Counted from the stretch's first letter, positions 44,378 through 55,509 are shown. The stretch: 64,000 nt of DNA from Escherichia coli (GCF_048403405.1 NZ_CP183129.1); one strand, 5' to 3'. The notes: generated by a model not told the origin, from the letters alone. Numbers and translations: made by a program.

Positions 44378-45018
44378 TTGTCGGTATACCTCTCTCGTTT
44401 GCTCAGTTGTTCAGGAATATGGTGCAGCAGCTCGCCGTCACCACAGTAAATGGCGGCATGATTCGGCACCGATGAACCAAAGCAGCACAGCAGCACGTCG
44501 CCAGGCTGCGCCTCTGTCAGTGCGACACGGTAAAAACCAGTCGCCTCCATATTGTCAAGATAGAGATTCTGACCGTTACGCCACCAGTCATCCCCGCGAT
44601 GAAAATCCGGCATCTCAATCCCCGCCAGATGATAAGCATCCCGGAACAGCGTGTAACAGTCCGTCACCCCGTGCTCAAAGCGACGCCCGGTGAGATGCGG
44701 CACACAGCGGAACTTGTGAATCGCCCCCCGGCAGACCAGCCACCACGGCAAATCACTCTGCACCTGCAGCCGCCGGTCAGCCTCACTCAGCCAGGGCAGA
44801 CCACCGGGATGACTGTGGACCAGTGCCACAATCTCACCCTGCATCTCTGCCTGCAGCCAGTCCTCCGGAGCCATCCGGAAATAATCCTCCGGCTCACCGG
44901 AGATATTCACGCAGGGAAAATATCTTTCCCCCTCCGGCGTGCTTACCACGAAGCCGCACGACTCCGCTGGCGCACATCGCCGGGCGTGCGCCAGAATCGC
45001 TGATTCTGTCTCTGTCAT
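44275..45018 (-). CDS. K: tail assembly protein K (NlpC/P60-JAB-like); start approximate
   Basis: MTETESAILAHARRCAPAESCGFVV...HSHPGG motif; overlaps I. Confidence 0.85.
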   Translation of the reverse strand: MTETESAILAHARRCAPAESCGFVVSTPEGERYFPCVNISGEPEDYFRMAPEDWLQAEMQGEIVALVHSHPGGLPWLSEADRRLQVQSDLPWWLVCRGAIHKFRCVPHLTGRRFEHGVTDCYTLFRDAYHLAGIEMPDFHRGDDWWRNGQNLYLDNMEATGFYRVALTEAQPGDVLLCCFGSSVPNHAAIYCGDGELLHHIPEQLSKRERYTDKWQRRTHSLWRHREWHASAFTGICNDLAAASTFV

Positions 45019-45022
45019 GGGA

Positions 45023-45721
45023 TTACTGCGAAAGTTTGTTAATGGAAAGGAAGCCGCCAAAGTTGCCGACGTTATTGCGGAACTTACAGCCACTCAGGCA
45101 TTTGCTGCATTTATCCTTCGTGATATCGAACGTCGGCTGGTCATATTCATCCGCGACCGCCGGACCGCTATAACCGCACTCATCACCGCGATAGGTCCAG
45201 GTGCAGGTGTTGGCCAGCATGATGCGCCCCGGAAAAACAGCACCATCCGTTTCCGTCGGCGTGGACAACACAAAGGAGGCACTGACCGCGCTCAGTTCGC
45301 TGCACTGCTCGACGCGCCAGCGGCTGATCACCTCCTGCTCCGGATCGGCATCGCTGTTTCCGTTGACGAAATTCACCGCATCCAGAAAACGGGCGTAAAC
45401 CTTACGCCTGACCACCGTTCCGCCGACCAGACTCTGCAGATCTTCCACCATCCCGGTGACCATACCGTACAGGTTAGAAACCGTCAGCGTGGGGCGCGTA
45501 CTGGCGCCTTTGCCATTCAGTTCAAAACCGCTCCCCTGAATGGGATACGGCTGATACTGTCGCCCCTGCCAGGTGACCGGCTCACCTTTTTCGTTCTGCT
45601 CATTACAGAAAAAATAACGCTCTCCACCGACCTCTGTCAGATCGATTTCCCAGAGCACCACGCTGGCCGACTGCTCCGCACGGGTGCATTCATTCAGTGT
45701 TTCCTGTTGGATATCCTGCAT
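45023..45721 (-). CDS. L: minor tail protein L
   Basis: 232 aa, lambda L-like, Cys-rich C-terminus. Confidence 0.9.
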   Translation of the reverse strand: MQDIQQETLNECTRAEQSASVVLWEIDLTEVGGERYFFCNEQNEKGEPVTWQGRQYQPYPIQGSGFELNGKGASTRPTLTVSNLYGMVTGMVEDLQSLVGGTVVRRKVYARFLDAVNFVNGNSDADPEQEVISRWRVEQCSELSAVSASFVLSTPTETDGAVFPGRIMLANTCTWTYRGDECGYSGPAVADEYDQPTFDITKDKCSKCLSGCKFRNNVGNFGGFLSINKLSQ

Positions 45722-46050
45722 CAGTTCACCACCTGTTCAAACTCTGCGCTGAACTCAACACGCAACATACTGACCCGCGACGACCATTTTGCGCAGGTCA
45801 CCTTTATCTGCCGGTAGCCATAAGGCGGCGTCCACAGAAAGGCCTTCCAGCCCCCGTGCTCAGCCAGAAACGACTCCAGCGCCGCGGCCTCCCAACGGGG
45901 AACAGAAAGCGTCACGCTGTACGTTTTCAGGTCAGTGTTCAGCCCGGCAGGCGCTCGCTGGGAATAGCCATCACCAAAGCGCACCTTTCTTACGGAAGGG
46001 GCCGAAGCCACATCCATACCGGGTTTCACTTTCCAGCGGAAGGTTTTCAT
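45721..46050 (-). CDS. M: minor tail protein M
   Basis: 109 aa MKTFRWKVKPGMDVASAPSVRKVRFGDGYSQRAPAGLN... Confidence 0.9.
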   Translation of the reverse strand: MKTFRWKVKPGMDVASAPSVRKVRFGDGYSQRAPAGLNTDLKTYSVTLSVPRWEAAALESFLAEHGGWKAFLWTPPYGYRQIKVTCAKWSSRVSMLRVEFSAEFEQVVN

Positions 46051-48608
46051 CGTCCACCTCCGGAGAACAGACCACCATCGCGCATCTGCCCGGTCACAAC
46101 ATCCATTGCCGCCTTACGGGCTACGTCATAAACAGCCTTCAGCGCCTGTGGCCCTATCTGACCGTTCGTGCCGTCGTTGTTAATCACCACATGGTTATTC
46201 TGCTCAAACGTCCCGGACGCCTGCGACCGGCTGTCCGCCATGCTGCCCGGTGTACCGACATAACCACCGGTGGCATAGCCGCGCATCAGCCGGTAGAGAT
46301 TCCCCACGCCAATCCGGCTGGTTGCCTCCTTCGTGAAGACAAATTCACCACGGTGAACAATCCCCGCAGGCTCATATTTGCCGCCGGTTCCCGTAAATCC
46401 CCCGGTCGCAAAATGGAATTTCGCCGCAGCTGCCTGAATGGCTGTACCGCCTGACGCTGATGCGTCACCACCGACAGCACCGCCAATGACACTGCCCACA
46501 CTCCCGACGATCCCCACCATTGCCTGCTTAAGCAGAATTTCTGTCATCATGGACAGCACGGAACGGGTGAAGCTGCGCCAGTTCTGCTCACTGCCGGTCA
46601 GCATCGCCGCCATATTCTGCGCAATACCATCAAAGGTCTGCGTGGCTGCACTTTTAACCTGCGACATACTGTCCGTGGCACTCTCTTTCCACTCGCTCCA
46701 GCCGGACCTGAGGCCTGCCATCCAGTTCCCGCGAAGCAGGTCTTCAGCCGCCCAGGTCTTTTTCTGCTCTGACATGACGTTATTCAGCGCCAGAGGATTA
46801 TCGCCATACTGTTCCTTCAGGCGCTGTTCTGTGGCTTCCCGTTCTGCCTGCCGGTCAGTCAGCCCCCGGCTTTTCGCATCAATGGCGGCCCGTTTTGCCC
46901 GTTGCTGCTGTGCGAATTTATCCGCCTGCTGCGCCAGCGCGTTCAGGCGCTCCTGATACGTAACCTTGTCGCCAAGTGCAGCAAGCTGGCGTTTGTACTC
47001 CAGCGTCTCATCTTTATGCGCCAGCAGGGATTTCTCCTGTGCAGACAGCTGGCGACGTTGCGCCGCCTCCTCCAGTACCGCGAACTGACTCTCCGCCTTC
47101 CACAAATCCCGGCGCTGCTGGCTGATTTTCTCATTTGCTCCGGCATGCTTCTCCAGCGTCCGGAGTTCTGCCTGAAGCGTCAGCAGGGCAGCATGAGCAC
47201 TGTCTTCCTGACGATCGCCCGCAGACACCTTCACGCCGGACTGTTTCGGCTTTTTCAGCGTCGCTTCATAATCCTTTTTCGCCGCCGCCATCAGCGTGTT
47301 GTAATCCGCCTGCAGGATTTTCCCGTCTTTCAGTGCCTTGTTCAGTTCTTCCTGACGGGCGGTATATTTCTCCAGCGGCGTCTGCAGCCGTTCGTAAGCC
47401 TTCTGCGCCTCTTCGGTATATTTCAGCCGTGACGCTTCGGTATCGCTCTGCTGCTGCGCATTTTTGTCCTGTTGAGTCTGCTGCTCAGCCTTCTTTCGGG
47501 CGGCTTCAAGCGCAAGACGGGCCTTTTCACGATCATCCCAGTAACGCGCCCGCGCTTCATCGTTAACAAAATAATCATCCTTGCGCAGATTCCAGATGTC
47601 GTCTGCTTTCTTAAACGCAGCCTCTGCCTTAATCAGCATCTCCTGCGCGGTATCAGGACGACCAATATCCAGCACCGCATCCCACATGGATTTGAATGCC
47701 CGCGCAGTCCTGTCTGCCCAGGTCTCCAGCGTGCCCATGTTCTCTTTCAGGCGGCGGGTCTGGTCATCAAACCCTTTCGTTGCGGCCTCGTTCGCCGCCT
47801 GCAATGCCCCGGCTTCATCGCCGGAACGCTGCAACTGAGCAACATACGCAATCTGCTCCGCCGTCACGTTATGGAACTGGCGTGCCATCGCCGTCAGCCC
47901 CGACGTCGGGTCTGTGGTCAGCTTCCCGAAGGCTTCAGCGACCTTGTCCACCTCCACGCCGGATGCAGAGGAGAAACGCGCCACACTCTGGCTGATGGAC
48001 GCAATCTGAGCCTCACCGCTTACCCCCGCCTTAACCAGTGCGCTGAGTGACTCGCTGGTCTGGTTAAACGTCAGCCCTGCCGCCTGCCCGGCTCTGGACA
48101 GGACCAGCATACGATCTGCCGTCAGTCCCGCCTGATTGCCGGAAAGGACCAGCGTTTTGTTGAAATCGGACAGGGTTGAGTTGCCCTGATACCAGGCATA
48201 CGCCAGTGCACCGGTCGCCACCGCCAGCGAGGTGGCCCCCACCATCGGCAGGGTGATCGCACCGGCAAGCCCCCTGAACATGGGGATCATCCCGCCGAAG
48301 GAGTCCTTCACCTGCCCCCCCTGTTGCAGCAGGATGAGCCACGGATTCTGCCCCCCTGCAAGCTGCGTGGCCACGTCGGTGAACTGTGCAGGCAGCATAC
48401 GCATGGCGGCTTTATACTGCCCGACGGAAATCCCCGCTTTCTGTGCAGCCAGCGCCTGTCGGCTCAGCGACTGTTCAACGACTGCCGCTGTTTTTTTCGC
48501 ATCACTTTCCGTACCGGAAAAATGACGCCTGACTCTGGCCATCTGCTCGTCAAATCTGGCCGCATCCAGACTCAAATCAACGACCAGATCGCCTACCGGT
48601 TCAGCCAT
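46047..48608 (-). CDS. H: tail tape measure protein H
   Basis: 853 aa, coiled-coil rich, lambda H-like. Confidence 0.92.
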   Translation of the reverse strand: MAEPVGDLVVDLSLDAARFDEQMARVRRHFSGTESDAKKTAAVVEQSLSRQALAAQKAGISVGQYKAAMRMLPAQFTDVATQLAGGQNPWLILLQQGGQVKDSFGGMIPMFRGLAGAITLPMVGATSLAVATGALAYAWYQGNSTLSDFNKTLVLSGNQAGLTADRMLVLSRAGQAAGLTFNQTSESLSALVKAGVSGEAQIASISQSVARFSSASGVEVDKVAEAFGKLTTDPTSGLTAMARQFHNVTAEQIAYVAQLQRSGDEAGALQAANEAATKGFDDQTRRLKENMGTLETWADRTARAFKSMWDAVLDIGRPDTAQEMLIKAEAAFKKADDIWNLRKDDYFVNDEARARYWDDREKARLALEAARKKAEQQTQQDKNAQQQSDTEASRLKYTEEAQKAYERLQTPLEKYTARQEELNKALKDGKILQADYNTLMAAAKKDYEATLKKPKQSGVKVSAGDRQEDSAHAALLTLQAELRTLEKHAGANEKISQQRRDLWKAESQFAVLEEAAQRRQLSAQEKSLLAHKDETLEYKRQLAALGDKVTYQERLNALAQQADKFAQQQRAKRAAIDAKSRGLTDRQAEREATEQRLKEQYGDNPLALNNVMSEQKKTWAAEDLLRGNWMAGLRSGWSEWKESATDSMSQVKSAATQTFDGIAQNMAAMLTGSEQNWRSFTRSVLSMMTEILLKQAMVGIVGSVGSVIGGAVGGDASASGGTAIQAAAAKFHFATGGFTGTGGKYEPAGIVHRGEFVFTKEATSRIGVGNLYRLMRGYATGGYVGTPGSMADSRSQASGTFEQNNHVVINNDGTNGQIGPQALKAVYDVARKAAMDVVTGQMRDGGLFSGGGR

Positions 48609-49035
48609 ACCGGACTCCTCCTGCGATCCCTTCTGATACTGTCATCAGCATTACGTCATCCTCCGTCATGTCCGCCACATCCGGGGAAGCGGAGATAACT
48701 TCATTCCCGTCCGGGCCAAAGCGGACACCTCCGGCAAGCCCTGCCGCTTTCTGCATCAGCACATCATCTTCAGGCTCTTCGTCAGCCTCGCGCCGGTTCA
48801 GCAGACTGAAATCCAGCGGATGCATATCCGGATCGCTGAAAAACAGGCTGAGCACGGTGTACGTCAGCCCGGAAAAGTGCATATCCAGCAGAACATCATG
48901 AAAATAATGGGTACTGTAAAAACGGTGCCAGTCGGCATACTCCGTGGATGACATCCCGGCAAGCATGGCACGCCAGTCGGGTCGCCCCATCTCACGCGCC
49001 AGTTTCAGGGCAAAACTCAGCTCACCGTCGAACAC
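48601..49035 (-). CDS. T: tail assembly chaperone T segment (expressed as G-T fusion by -1 frameshift)
   Basis: 144 aa ORF overlapping G end; slippery heptamer GGGAAAG on minus strand at 49034-49040. Confidence 0.85.
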   Translation of the reverse strand: MFDGELSFALKLAREMGRPDWRAMLAGMSSTEYADWHRFYSTHYFHDVLLDMHFSGLTYTVLSLFFSDPDMHPLDFSLLNRREADEEPEDDVLMQKAAGLAGGVRFGPDGNEVISASPDVADMTEDDVMLMTVSEGIAGGVRYG

Positions 49036-49439
49036 TTTCCCGCAGAAACAGGCTCTGCGGGCCCGGCGTCCTCTGTCTGTTCAGGGGCATTATTCACAAC
49101 AAACTCATACATACCGGACAGCCGGTACACCACGTTTTCAGCATGAGAAATTGCCTCTGTAGGCCAGGTGGTAAGCACTTCCTGCTCAATCTGTTTAACG
49201 GCTTCATTCATGGAAGGCATCTGCGTCTTCTGCGGATGGTTATGCCACAGGGACATCGCTACCACAAAAGCACCGGTTCTGATGGCGTCTTCCACAGTAA
49301 ACTTCCGGTTGCTGTCTGACTCCGCCTGTTCTGCCTGCCGTTTCATCAGGGCGAGATGCTCAATACGCTGCAGGGCTGACAGTTCAGAAAGCGTGACGGT
49401 CACACCGTTATGTTCAAATGATTCGGTTTTCAGGAACAT
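49017..49439 (-). CDS. G: tail assembly chaperone G
   Basis: 140 aa MFLKTESFEHNGVTVTLSELSALQRIEHLALM... Confidence 0.9.
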   Translation of the reverse strand: MFLKTESFEHNGVTVTLSELSALQRIEHLALMKRQAEQAESDSNRKFTVEDAIRTGAFVVAMSLWHNHPQKTQMPSMNEAVKQIEQEVLTTWPTEAISHAENVVYRLSGMYEFVVNNAPEQTEDAGPAEPVSAGKCSTVS

Positions 49440-49454
49440 CTCTGACTCTCCGGA

Positions 49455-50195
49455 TTAACTGGCGGTGACGGTGATTTCTGCAACCGCAGCAAACTCACCA
49501 TTACCGGATACGACCGGAATGTTGACCTTACCTGCAGCAACGCCATTCACGGTGATGGTCATACCACTGACCGACACGGTGGCTTTTGTTTTATCCGCTG
49601 ACACCGCACGGAAGCTCTTGTCGGTTGCGCCTTCCGGCTGGAATGCCACGGTCAGCGTGGTGCTCTTCCCTTTCACTACGGAAGCGCTGGCTGGCGTCAC
49701 GGTCATACCGGTTGCCGCTGTTACCGTGCTGCGTTCTTCTGCCATCGACGGACGTCCCACATTGGTGACTTTCACCGTGCGGGTGATCACTTCCTTCGCC
49801 GTCACCGCCTTACCGATACTGCTGACCCAGCCACGGAACACATCGACCGTGCCGTTCGGGAAGCGGATTTTATAGGCACGGGTATCGCCTTCATTAAACC
49901 ACGCCAGCAGCGCCTGCTGCCCCTGCTCTCCGGGCATCCACGCCAGCGTGAAGCTGGTATCTCCGGCAGATTTCTGCCCCTGCCCGGTCGCGGTCCAGTC
50001 TGCATCTTCATCATCGAGATAGCTGTCGTCATAGGACTCAGCGGTCAGTTCGCCGGGCGTCAGGTCTTTAACTTTAGCCAGACGCGACCAGTCAACGTCT
50101 GAAAGCGGGTTCGCATAAGGGTCACCGTTCCCCTTATAAACCCACAGGGTGGTCCCGGCCCCTTTCACCGGCATTACTGGATTTGGTACAGGCAT
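49455..50195 (-). CDS. V: major tail protein V (with C-terminal Ig-like domain)
   Basis: 246 aa [36 protein letters not shown]..., near-identical to lambda V as recalled. Confidence 0.93.
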   Translation of the reverse strand: MPVPNPVMPVKGAGTTLWVYKGNGDPYANPLSDVDWSRLAKVKDLTPGELTAESYDDSYLDDEDADWTATGQGQKSAGDTSFTLAWMPGEQGQQALLAWFNEGDTRAYKIRFPNGTVDVFRGWVSSIGKAVTAKEVITRTVKVTNVGRPSMAEERSTVTAATGMTVTPASASVVKGKSTTLTVAFQPEGATDKSFRAVSADKTKATVSVSGMTITVNGVAAGKVNIPVVSGNGEFAAVAEITVTAS

Positions 50196-50267
50196 ATCGT
50201 CCTCACATTTCAGGTGATGCTGCCAACTTACTGATTTAGTGTATGATGGTGTTTTTGAGGTGCTCCA

Positions 50268-50543
50268 GTGGCTTCTGTTTCTATCAGCTGTCCCTCCTGT
50301 TCAGCTACTGACGGGGTGGTGCGTAACGGCAAAAGCACCGCCGGACATCAGCGCTATCTCTGCTCTCACTGCCGTAAAACATGGCAACTGCAGTTCACTT
50401 ACACCGCTTCTCAACCCGGTACGCACCAGAAAATCATTGATATGGCCATGAATGGCGTTGGATGCCGGGCAACCGCCCGCATTATGGGCGTTGGCCTCAA
50501 CACGATTTTCCGCCATTTAAAAAACTCAGGCCGCAGTCGGTAA
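50268..50543 (+). CDS. insA: IS1 InsA
   Basis: 91 aa [43 protein letters not shown]... Confidence 0.9.
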   Translation: MASVSISCPSCSATDGVVRNGKSTAGHQRYLCSHCRKTWQLQFTYTASQPGTHQKIIDMAMNGVGCRATARIMGVGLNTIFRHLKNSGRSR

Positions 50544-50965
50544 CCTCGCGCATACAGCCGGGCAGTGACGTCATCGTCTGCGCGGAAATGGACGAACAGT
50601 GGGGATACGTCGGGGCTAAATCGCGCCAGCGCTGGCTGTTTTACGCGTATGACAGGCTCCGGAAGACGGTTGTTGCGCACGTATTCGGTGAACGCACTCT
50701 GGCCACACTGGAGCGTCTTCTAAGCCTGCTGTCGGCCTTTGAGGTCGTGGTATGGATGACGGATGGCTGGCCGCTGTATGAATCCCGCCTGAAGGGAAAG
50801 CTGCACGTAATCAGCAAGCGTTACACTCAGCGAATTGAGCGGCATAACCTGAATCTGAGACAACATCTGGCAAGGCTGGGACGGAAGTCACTGTCGTTCT
50901 CAAAATCGGTGGAGCTGCATGACAAGGTCATCGGGCATTATCTGAACATAAAACACTATCAGTAA
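50462..50965 (+). CDS. insB: IS1 InsB (transposase, made as InsAB by frameshift)
   Basis: 167 aa ORF overlapping insA in -1 frame. Confidence 0.9.
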   Translation: MPGNRPHYGRWPQHDFPPFKKLRPQSVTSRIQPGSDVIVCAEMDEQWGYVGAKSRQRWLFYAYDRLRKTVVAHVFGERTLATLERLLSLLSAFEVVVWMTDGWPLYESRLKGKLHVISKRYTQRIERHNLNLRQHLARLGRKSLSFSKSVELHDKVIGHYLNIKHYQ

Positions 50966-51375
50966 GTTGGAGTCATTACCCACATTTCATAGGTAATGAC
51001 ATAAGTCAGATCGGCTGAACTCCACAGGCCCGCATCATCGTCGCGCCGGTAGTCATAGCCGCTGGCCACCATACTGGTGATCAAATCTGACAGTGCCGGG
51101 ATATCACTCATCACCGGATAAATCCGGGACTCCATCCACTCATCCAGCTCTGAATCCGGCACCTGAGCAGGCAGGAAAACTTCGATATGCAGCTCCGCCT
51201 GCCAGGTATCGCTGTCCAGCTCTTCGCCCGTGTATTCAGCGCCGGTGAGATAAACGGCAACTGCCGGAAAATCCGCCTCATCAAAAACAGCGGGGCGACC
51301 ATCAAAAAACGTCGCCCCGGTGTCATGCTTCTCCAGTGCATCCAGTACGGCTGCACGGAGTTCAGTATGTTTCAT
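50959..51375 (-). CDS. U: tail terminator protein U; C-terminus altered by IS1 (7 extra codons read into IS1)
   Basis: 138 aa [31 protein letters not shown]...; ends ...ITYEM then WVMTPTY encoded by the IS1 end. Confidence 0.88.
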   Translation of the reverse strand: MKHTELRAAVLDALEKHDTGATFFDGRPAVFDEADFPAVAVYLTGAEYTGEELDSDTWQAELHIEVFLPAQVPDSELDEWMESRIYPVMSDIPALSDLITSMVASGYDYRRDDDAGLWSSADLTYVITYEMWVMTPTY

Positions 51376-51950
51376 CGCTTTATTACCATTCTCAGTTGAT
51401 GCTGCAGCGCATAGCCCAGCTCTTTCGGAAGACGCTCACGCCGTATCCGCTCAATATTTTGTTTAAACGCCGTGGTCAGCGGCACCGCCATCGGGATTTT
51501 CACTACATCAATGGGGTAACGGTTTTTCCCGGCCACACGCTGCATGACATGCCAGCGGCCATTTTTCAGTTGCTGAATAAACGCGCCGGGAATACGACGG
51601 TTTCCCACCACAAGCACGCTGCCGCCACCTTTCAGGGCTGAACGCTGCCCCTTTTTACGACGCCTGCGTCGGGACAGGACAATCCGCGCGTTACCCAGCT
51701 TGATTACGGGCAAATCCCCCCGGTTAACCTTGATTCTGGCCTGCGGATTTTTAACCGTAGCCCTTTTCAGCCTGGCCCTTTCCTTTACCAGTTTCCGGCG
51801 TACCTTTGTCTCACGGGCAACCTGTGACGCCGACTGCGATATCGCGGATGAAGCAACGCGGTTAATGGCCATTGCGGCGGCACCAGGCACCGCCGTTTTG
51901 CTGATACGGCTGAGGTTTTCAACGGCCTGCTCAAGACCTTTTATGGCCAT
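51372..51950 (-). CDS. Z: tail completion protein Z
   Basis: 192 aa, lambda Z-like. Confidence 0.88.
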   Translation of the reverse strand: MAIKGLEQAVENLSRISKTAVPGAAAMAINRVASSAISQSASQVARETKVRRKLVKERARLKRATVKNPQARIKVNRGDLPVIKLGNARIVLSRRRRRKKGQRSALKGGGSVLVVGNRRIPGAFIQQLKNGRWHVMQRVAGKNRYPIDVVKIPMAVPLTTAFKQNIERIRRERLPKELGYALQHQLRMVIKR

Positions 51951-51961
51951 ACATCCCCCTT

Positions 51962-52315
51962 TCAGCGGCGACGGTTAACGGCAGGCGGTACGCCCCGCCC
52001 AAGCCAGAGATGACAGCTTCCGCCATCATCCGGCGAAACACGATCTATCCAGAAGTTTTCCTCACCGATGGTCAGCGTGTCTCCACGCCGCAGTTGCCGC
52101 ACATCATCAGTCCGGACAAACAGGGACGGGCTGGAGCCTTCAACGCGCACGCCCTGTCCGGCATAGCTGATATTTTCAGGGTCATCAAAAACACCACGTA
52201 TCACAGCACCGGACTGCTCACCGGATGTCATGGTGGCTGACGTTCCCATGTACCCGCGTATCGTTTCATCAGCGCGGGCAATGGCAGCATCGAACAGGTT
52301 ATCGAAATCAGCCAC
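51962..52315 (-). CDS. FII: head-tail connector protein FII
   Basis: 117 aa MADFDNLFDAAIARADETIRGYMG... Confidence 0.88.
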   Translation of the reverse strand: MADFDNLFDAAIARADETIRGYMGTSATMTSGEQSGAVIRGVFDDPENISYAGQGVRVEGSSPSLFVRTDDVRQLRRGDTLTIGEENFWIDRVSPDDGGSCHLWLGRGVPPAVNRRR

Positions 52316-52326
52316 AGCGCCTCCCG

Positions 52327-52725
52327 TTATTGCATTCTGGCCAGGCCACGTTCTGTCATTTCGGCTGCCACACCGGCAGAGACACGAAACGCCGTTCCCG
52401 GCAGCACAAATGCCACAGGTTTATCCCGCGTGGCGTGAAGTGCATCAGTATGCAGCGTCACCAGTGCCACGACCGTGACCAGTTCAGCCGTATCCTGAAT
52501 CACGGTATCCGGCTGCGCTGATACAGCCTCATTTTCATGCCCGGTCAGCACATTTTCCGGGCTGAGAGGGGTGTCCTGACCGGCAGTGTCACCCGTGTCA
52601 TCAAGCTCTTCTTCCAGCTCTGCCACACGGAGCGCCAGTTCTTCTTTCGTCCCCGTCAGGCTGACATCACGGTTCAGTTGTTCACCCAGCGAGCGGAGAC
52701 GGGCAATCAGTTCATCTTTCGTCAT
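52327..52725 (-). CDS. FI: DNA packaging protein FI
   Basis: 132 aa from MTKDELIARLRSLGEQLNRDV; ORF track start is 13 codons upstream. Confidence 0.85.
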   Translation of the reverse strand: MTKDELIARLRSLGEQLNRDVSLTGTKEELALRVAELEEELDDTGDTAGQDTPLSPENVLTGHENEAVSAQPDTVIQDTAELVTVVALVTLHTDALHATRDKPVAFVLPGTAFRVSAGVAAEMTERGLARMQ

Positions 52726-52766
52726 GGACTTCTCCACAGAGAGACAATGGCCCCGAAGGGCCATGA

Positions 52767-53792
52767 TTACGCCAGTTGTACGGACACGAACTCATCAGGA
52801 TCAGCCAGCAGCATCAGCGGTGCTGACTGAATCATGGTGAACTCACGCGCCGGATCGCCGGTGGTCACCCAGTTTTTCGGGTAACGGGCAGAGGCGTTAA
52901 TGCCTTCGCGCTGTGCGTCCGCATCCTGAATGCAGCCATAGGTGCGCAGACCGCGAGCCTGAGTGTTCCCCAGCACCATCGTGTTGTCCGGCAGGAAGTT
53001 CTTTTTGACGCCGTTTTCCACGTACTGTCCGGAATACACGACGATGGCCACATCGCCATACATTCCCTTATAGGACACCGCTTTGCCCAGGTCTTTTACC
53101 GCTGTCTCCAGCTCGGAATGAGAGCCGCGACGGGTATCCAGCTTCTCCTTGACGGCTTTGAAGGAACGGAACAGCGCCCAGCCTTTCGGGTCAAACACGA
53201 TGATATTCACCACACCGCTGGCGTTCAGCGCGTAGGCTTCGATATCGTCGGTCGGGTCATACGTGGACTTGTCACGCTTGCTCCACTCCGTGCCGCCGGA
53301 CTGCGTGATGTTATTCGCCTCACTGCGGCCCATATCCACCTCAACCGGATCGAAGGCTTCACCGGTCATGGTATATTTGCCCTTAAGCACGGCAGAAACT
53401 GCCTGCATCTCTTCGACCTGGGCAATCGCCAGATTTTCATCCAGCATATTCTGCCGAATAATACGGCGACGACGGTAAGCCGGGTCAGCCAGGTTCTGCG
53501 GATCTTCATCCGGCAGGCGACGCAGGGTCATCTGCGGATTCACCTCATGCTTGGGTTTGACATAACCCGGCGTAAATTCAGAGGTGGAGCCGCCACGGGA
53601 TCGGATAACCTCACCGGAAACAATCGGCGAAACGTACAGCGCCATGTTTACCAGTCCCGGAATTTGTGAGAGATAGACTTTTTCCGTGGTGAAAGGATAG
53701 GTTTCACGGAAAAACAGGCGCAGAAACAGCGGATCGAACTTAAAGTGATGCTGGGTCGATGCCAGTAATTCTGCAGTTGTATATACAGACAT
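52767..53792 (-). CDS. E: major capsid protein E
   Basis: 341 aa MSVYTTAELLASTQHHFKFDPLFLRLFFRE..., lambda E. Confidence 0.95.
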   Translation of the reverse strand: MSVYTTAELLASTQHHFKFDPLFLRLFFRETYPFTTEKVYLSQIPGLVNMALYVSPIVSGEVIRSRGGSTSEFTPGYVKPKHEVNPQMTLRRLPDEDPQNLADPAYRRRRIIRQNMLDENLAIAQVEEMQAVSAVLKGKYTMTGEAFDPVEVDMGRSEANNITQSGGTEWSKRDKSTYDPTDDIEAYALNASGVVNIIVFDPKGWALFRSFKAVKEKLDTRRGSHSELETAVKDLGKAVSYKGMYGDVAIVVYSGQYVENGVKKNFLPDNTMVLGNTQARGLRTYGCIQDADAQREGINASARYPKNWVTTGDPAREFTMIQSAPLMLLADPDEFVSVQLA

Positions 53793-53847
53793 AAATTATT
53801 TCCATAAAAAAAGCCGCACAGGCGGCCTTTGTTGATGAAGGGGAAGA

Positions 53848-54180
53848 TTAAACGATGCTGATTGCCGTTCCGGCAAACGCGGTCCGTTTTTTCGTCTCGT
53901 CGCTGGCAGCCTCCGGCCAGAGCACATCCTCATAACGGAACGTGCCGGACTTGTAGAACGTCAGTGTGGTGCTGGTCTGGTCAACAGCAACCGCCAGAAT
54001 GCCAACGGCTGCACCGTCGGTGGTGCCATCCCACACAACCAGCTTACGGGTAGTGCCATCCAGCATCAGTGGGGTCATTGCAGGCGTTTTCGCACTCAAT
54101 CCGCCAGGCGCAATTGCTGTATGAGCCGGATCACTGTTACCCAGCGGCTGGTAATGGTTAAACTCTTCTTTTGTCGCCAT
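53848..54180 (-). CDS. D: head decoration protein D
   Basis: 110 aa [27 protein letters not shown]... Confidence 0.93.
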   Translation of the reverse strand: MATKEEFNHYQPLGNSDPAHTAIAPGGLSAKTPAMTPLMLDGTTRKLVVWDGTTDGAAVGILAVAVDQTSTTLTFYKSGTFRYEDVLWPEAASDETKKRTAFAGTAISIV

Positions 54181-54189
54181 AACTGCCTC

Positions 54190-55501
54190 TTATACCGGTA
54201 AAGCTTCAGGTGTATTAAGTAATTCTTTATTGGTATCAGATGCCAGGTTACCTGCAGCCAGCGGTGCCGCTGCACCCTGCATCAGACGATCCAGCGCAGT
54301 GTCACTGCGCGCCTGTGCACTCTGTGGTGCTGCGGCCAGAATGCGGCGGGCCGTTTCCACGGTCATTCCGGGGGTTTCTGCCAGAACGCGCGCCTGTTCT
54401 TCGCGTCCGTGAGCCTCCTCACAGTTGAGGATCCCCATAATGCGGCTGTTTTCTGCCGCAACCGCTGCGGTGATCTGTGCGTTCACATCCGGCTGCGCCG
54501 CGCTGGCGTTTTCGCCCTCCTTCGCAGGCTCCACGGTGGTGATGTCAGCCTGCGAAGCAGTGGCTGAAACAGTTGTTGATTGAGTCTCTTTGGTCATTCG
54601 CCCTCCTGAGAGACGGGATTTACGTGCATCCAGTGCATCACGCATGACGGTGATCGCATCGGTGCTGTTAACAAGTTCATCAGCCAGTCCGGCATCAATG
54701 GCCTCCTGACCGCTGTACACTGCAGCCTCGGTATCCAGCACAGCCTGCACAGACAGGCCGGTATATGCCGACACCTTCTGCGCAAACATCTGGCGGGTTG
54801 CATCCATCCGGGACTGCAGTGTTTCCCGGACGTCATCCGGAAGATGGCTGTAGGGGTTGCCATCCACCTTATGGCTGCCGCTGTAAATCAGCGTGATTTC
54901 CACGCCCTGTTTCTCCAGCGCAGCACCGTAATTGCTGTGAGCCATCATGACGCCGATGGAGCCTGTCCGGGCGGTCTGCGTGACCAGGCGCCGGGAAGCG
55001 GCACTGGCAAGCAACTGACCTGCACTGCAGTTCATGTCGTTGGCAAGCGCCCATACCGGTTTTATGTCACGCACACGGGCGATGATGTCAGCGCAGTCAA
55101 ATGCCCCCGCCACCATCCCGCCGGGCGTGTCCATATCGAGCAGAATGCCGTCCACCATCGGATCGCTGGCAGCCTGTTGCAGACGGGCGATAATGCCGTT
55201 GTAACCGGTCATCCCCGAATACGGCTGCAGCGCCCGCGTCCGGCTGACCAGCGTGCCGGAAACCGGCAGCACGGCGATGCCGTTCATGACCTGATAACTG
55301 CGGGCCTGTCGTGGCCCGCCATCATCACCGGATAACGCCAGCGTCGCGGGTGCCTCTCCGGCAGCCAAGCTGTCACCGGACACCGCATCCGTCAGGCGGC
55401 TGATCCCAAGCTGACCTGCAAGTGCACAAAAGAAAACCCGCGCATAGGCGGGTTCAAGCATCAGCGGCTCATTAAAGGCCATGCTGGCAATATGCGGGAG
55501 A

Positions 55502-55509
<8 letters not shown>
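54190..55509 (-). CDS. C: prohead protease/scaffold C (with nested Nu3 scaffold frame)
   Basis: 439 aa from GTG start (VTAELRNLPHIASMAFNEPLM...); S49/ClpP-like protease core. Confidence 0.9.

Larger units (their letters stand above)
50213..50980 (+). mobile_element. IS1 insertion sequence (768 bp) with 9-bp target site duplication
   Basis: Ends GGTGATGCTGCCAACTTACTGAT... and ...GGAGTCATTACC; direct repeat CACATTTCA at 50204-50212 and 50981-50989; insA and insB ORFs. Confidence 0.92.
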
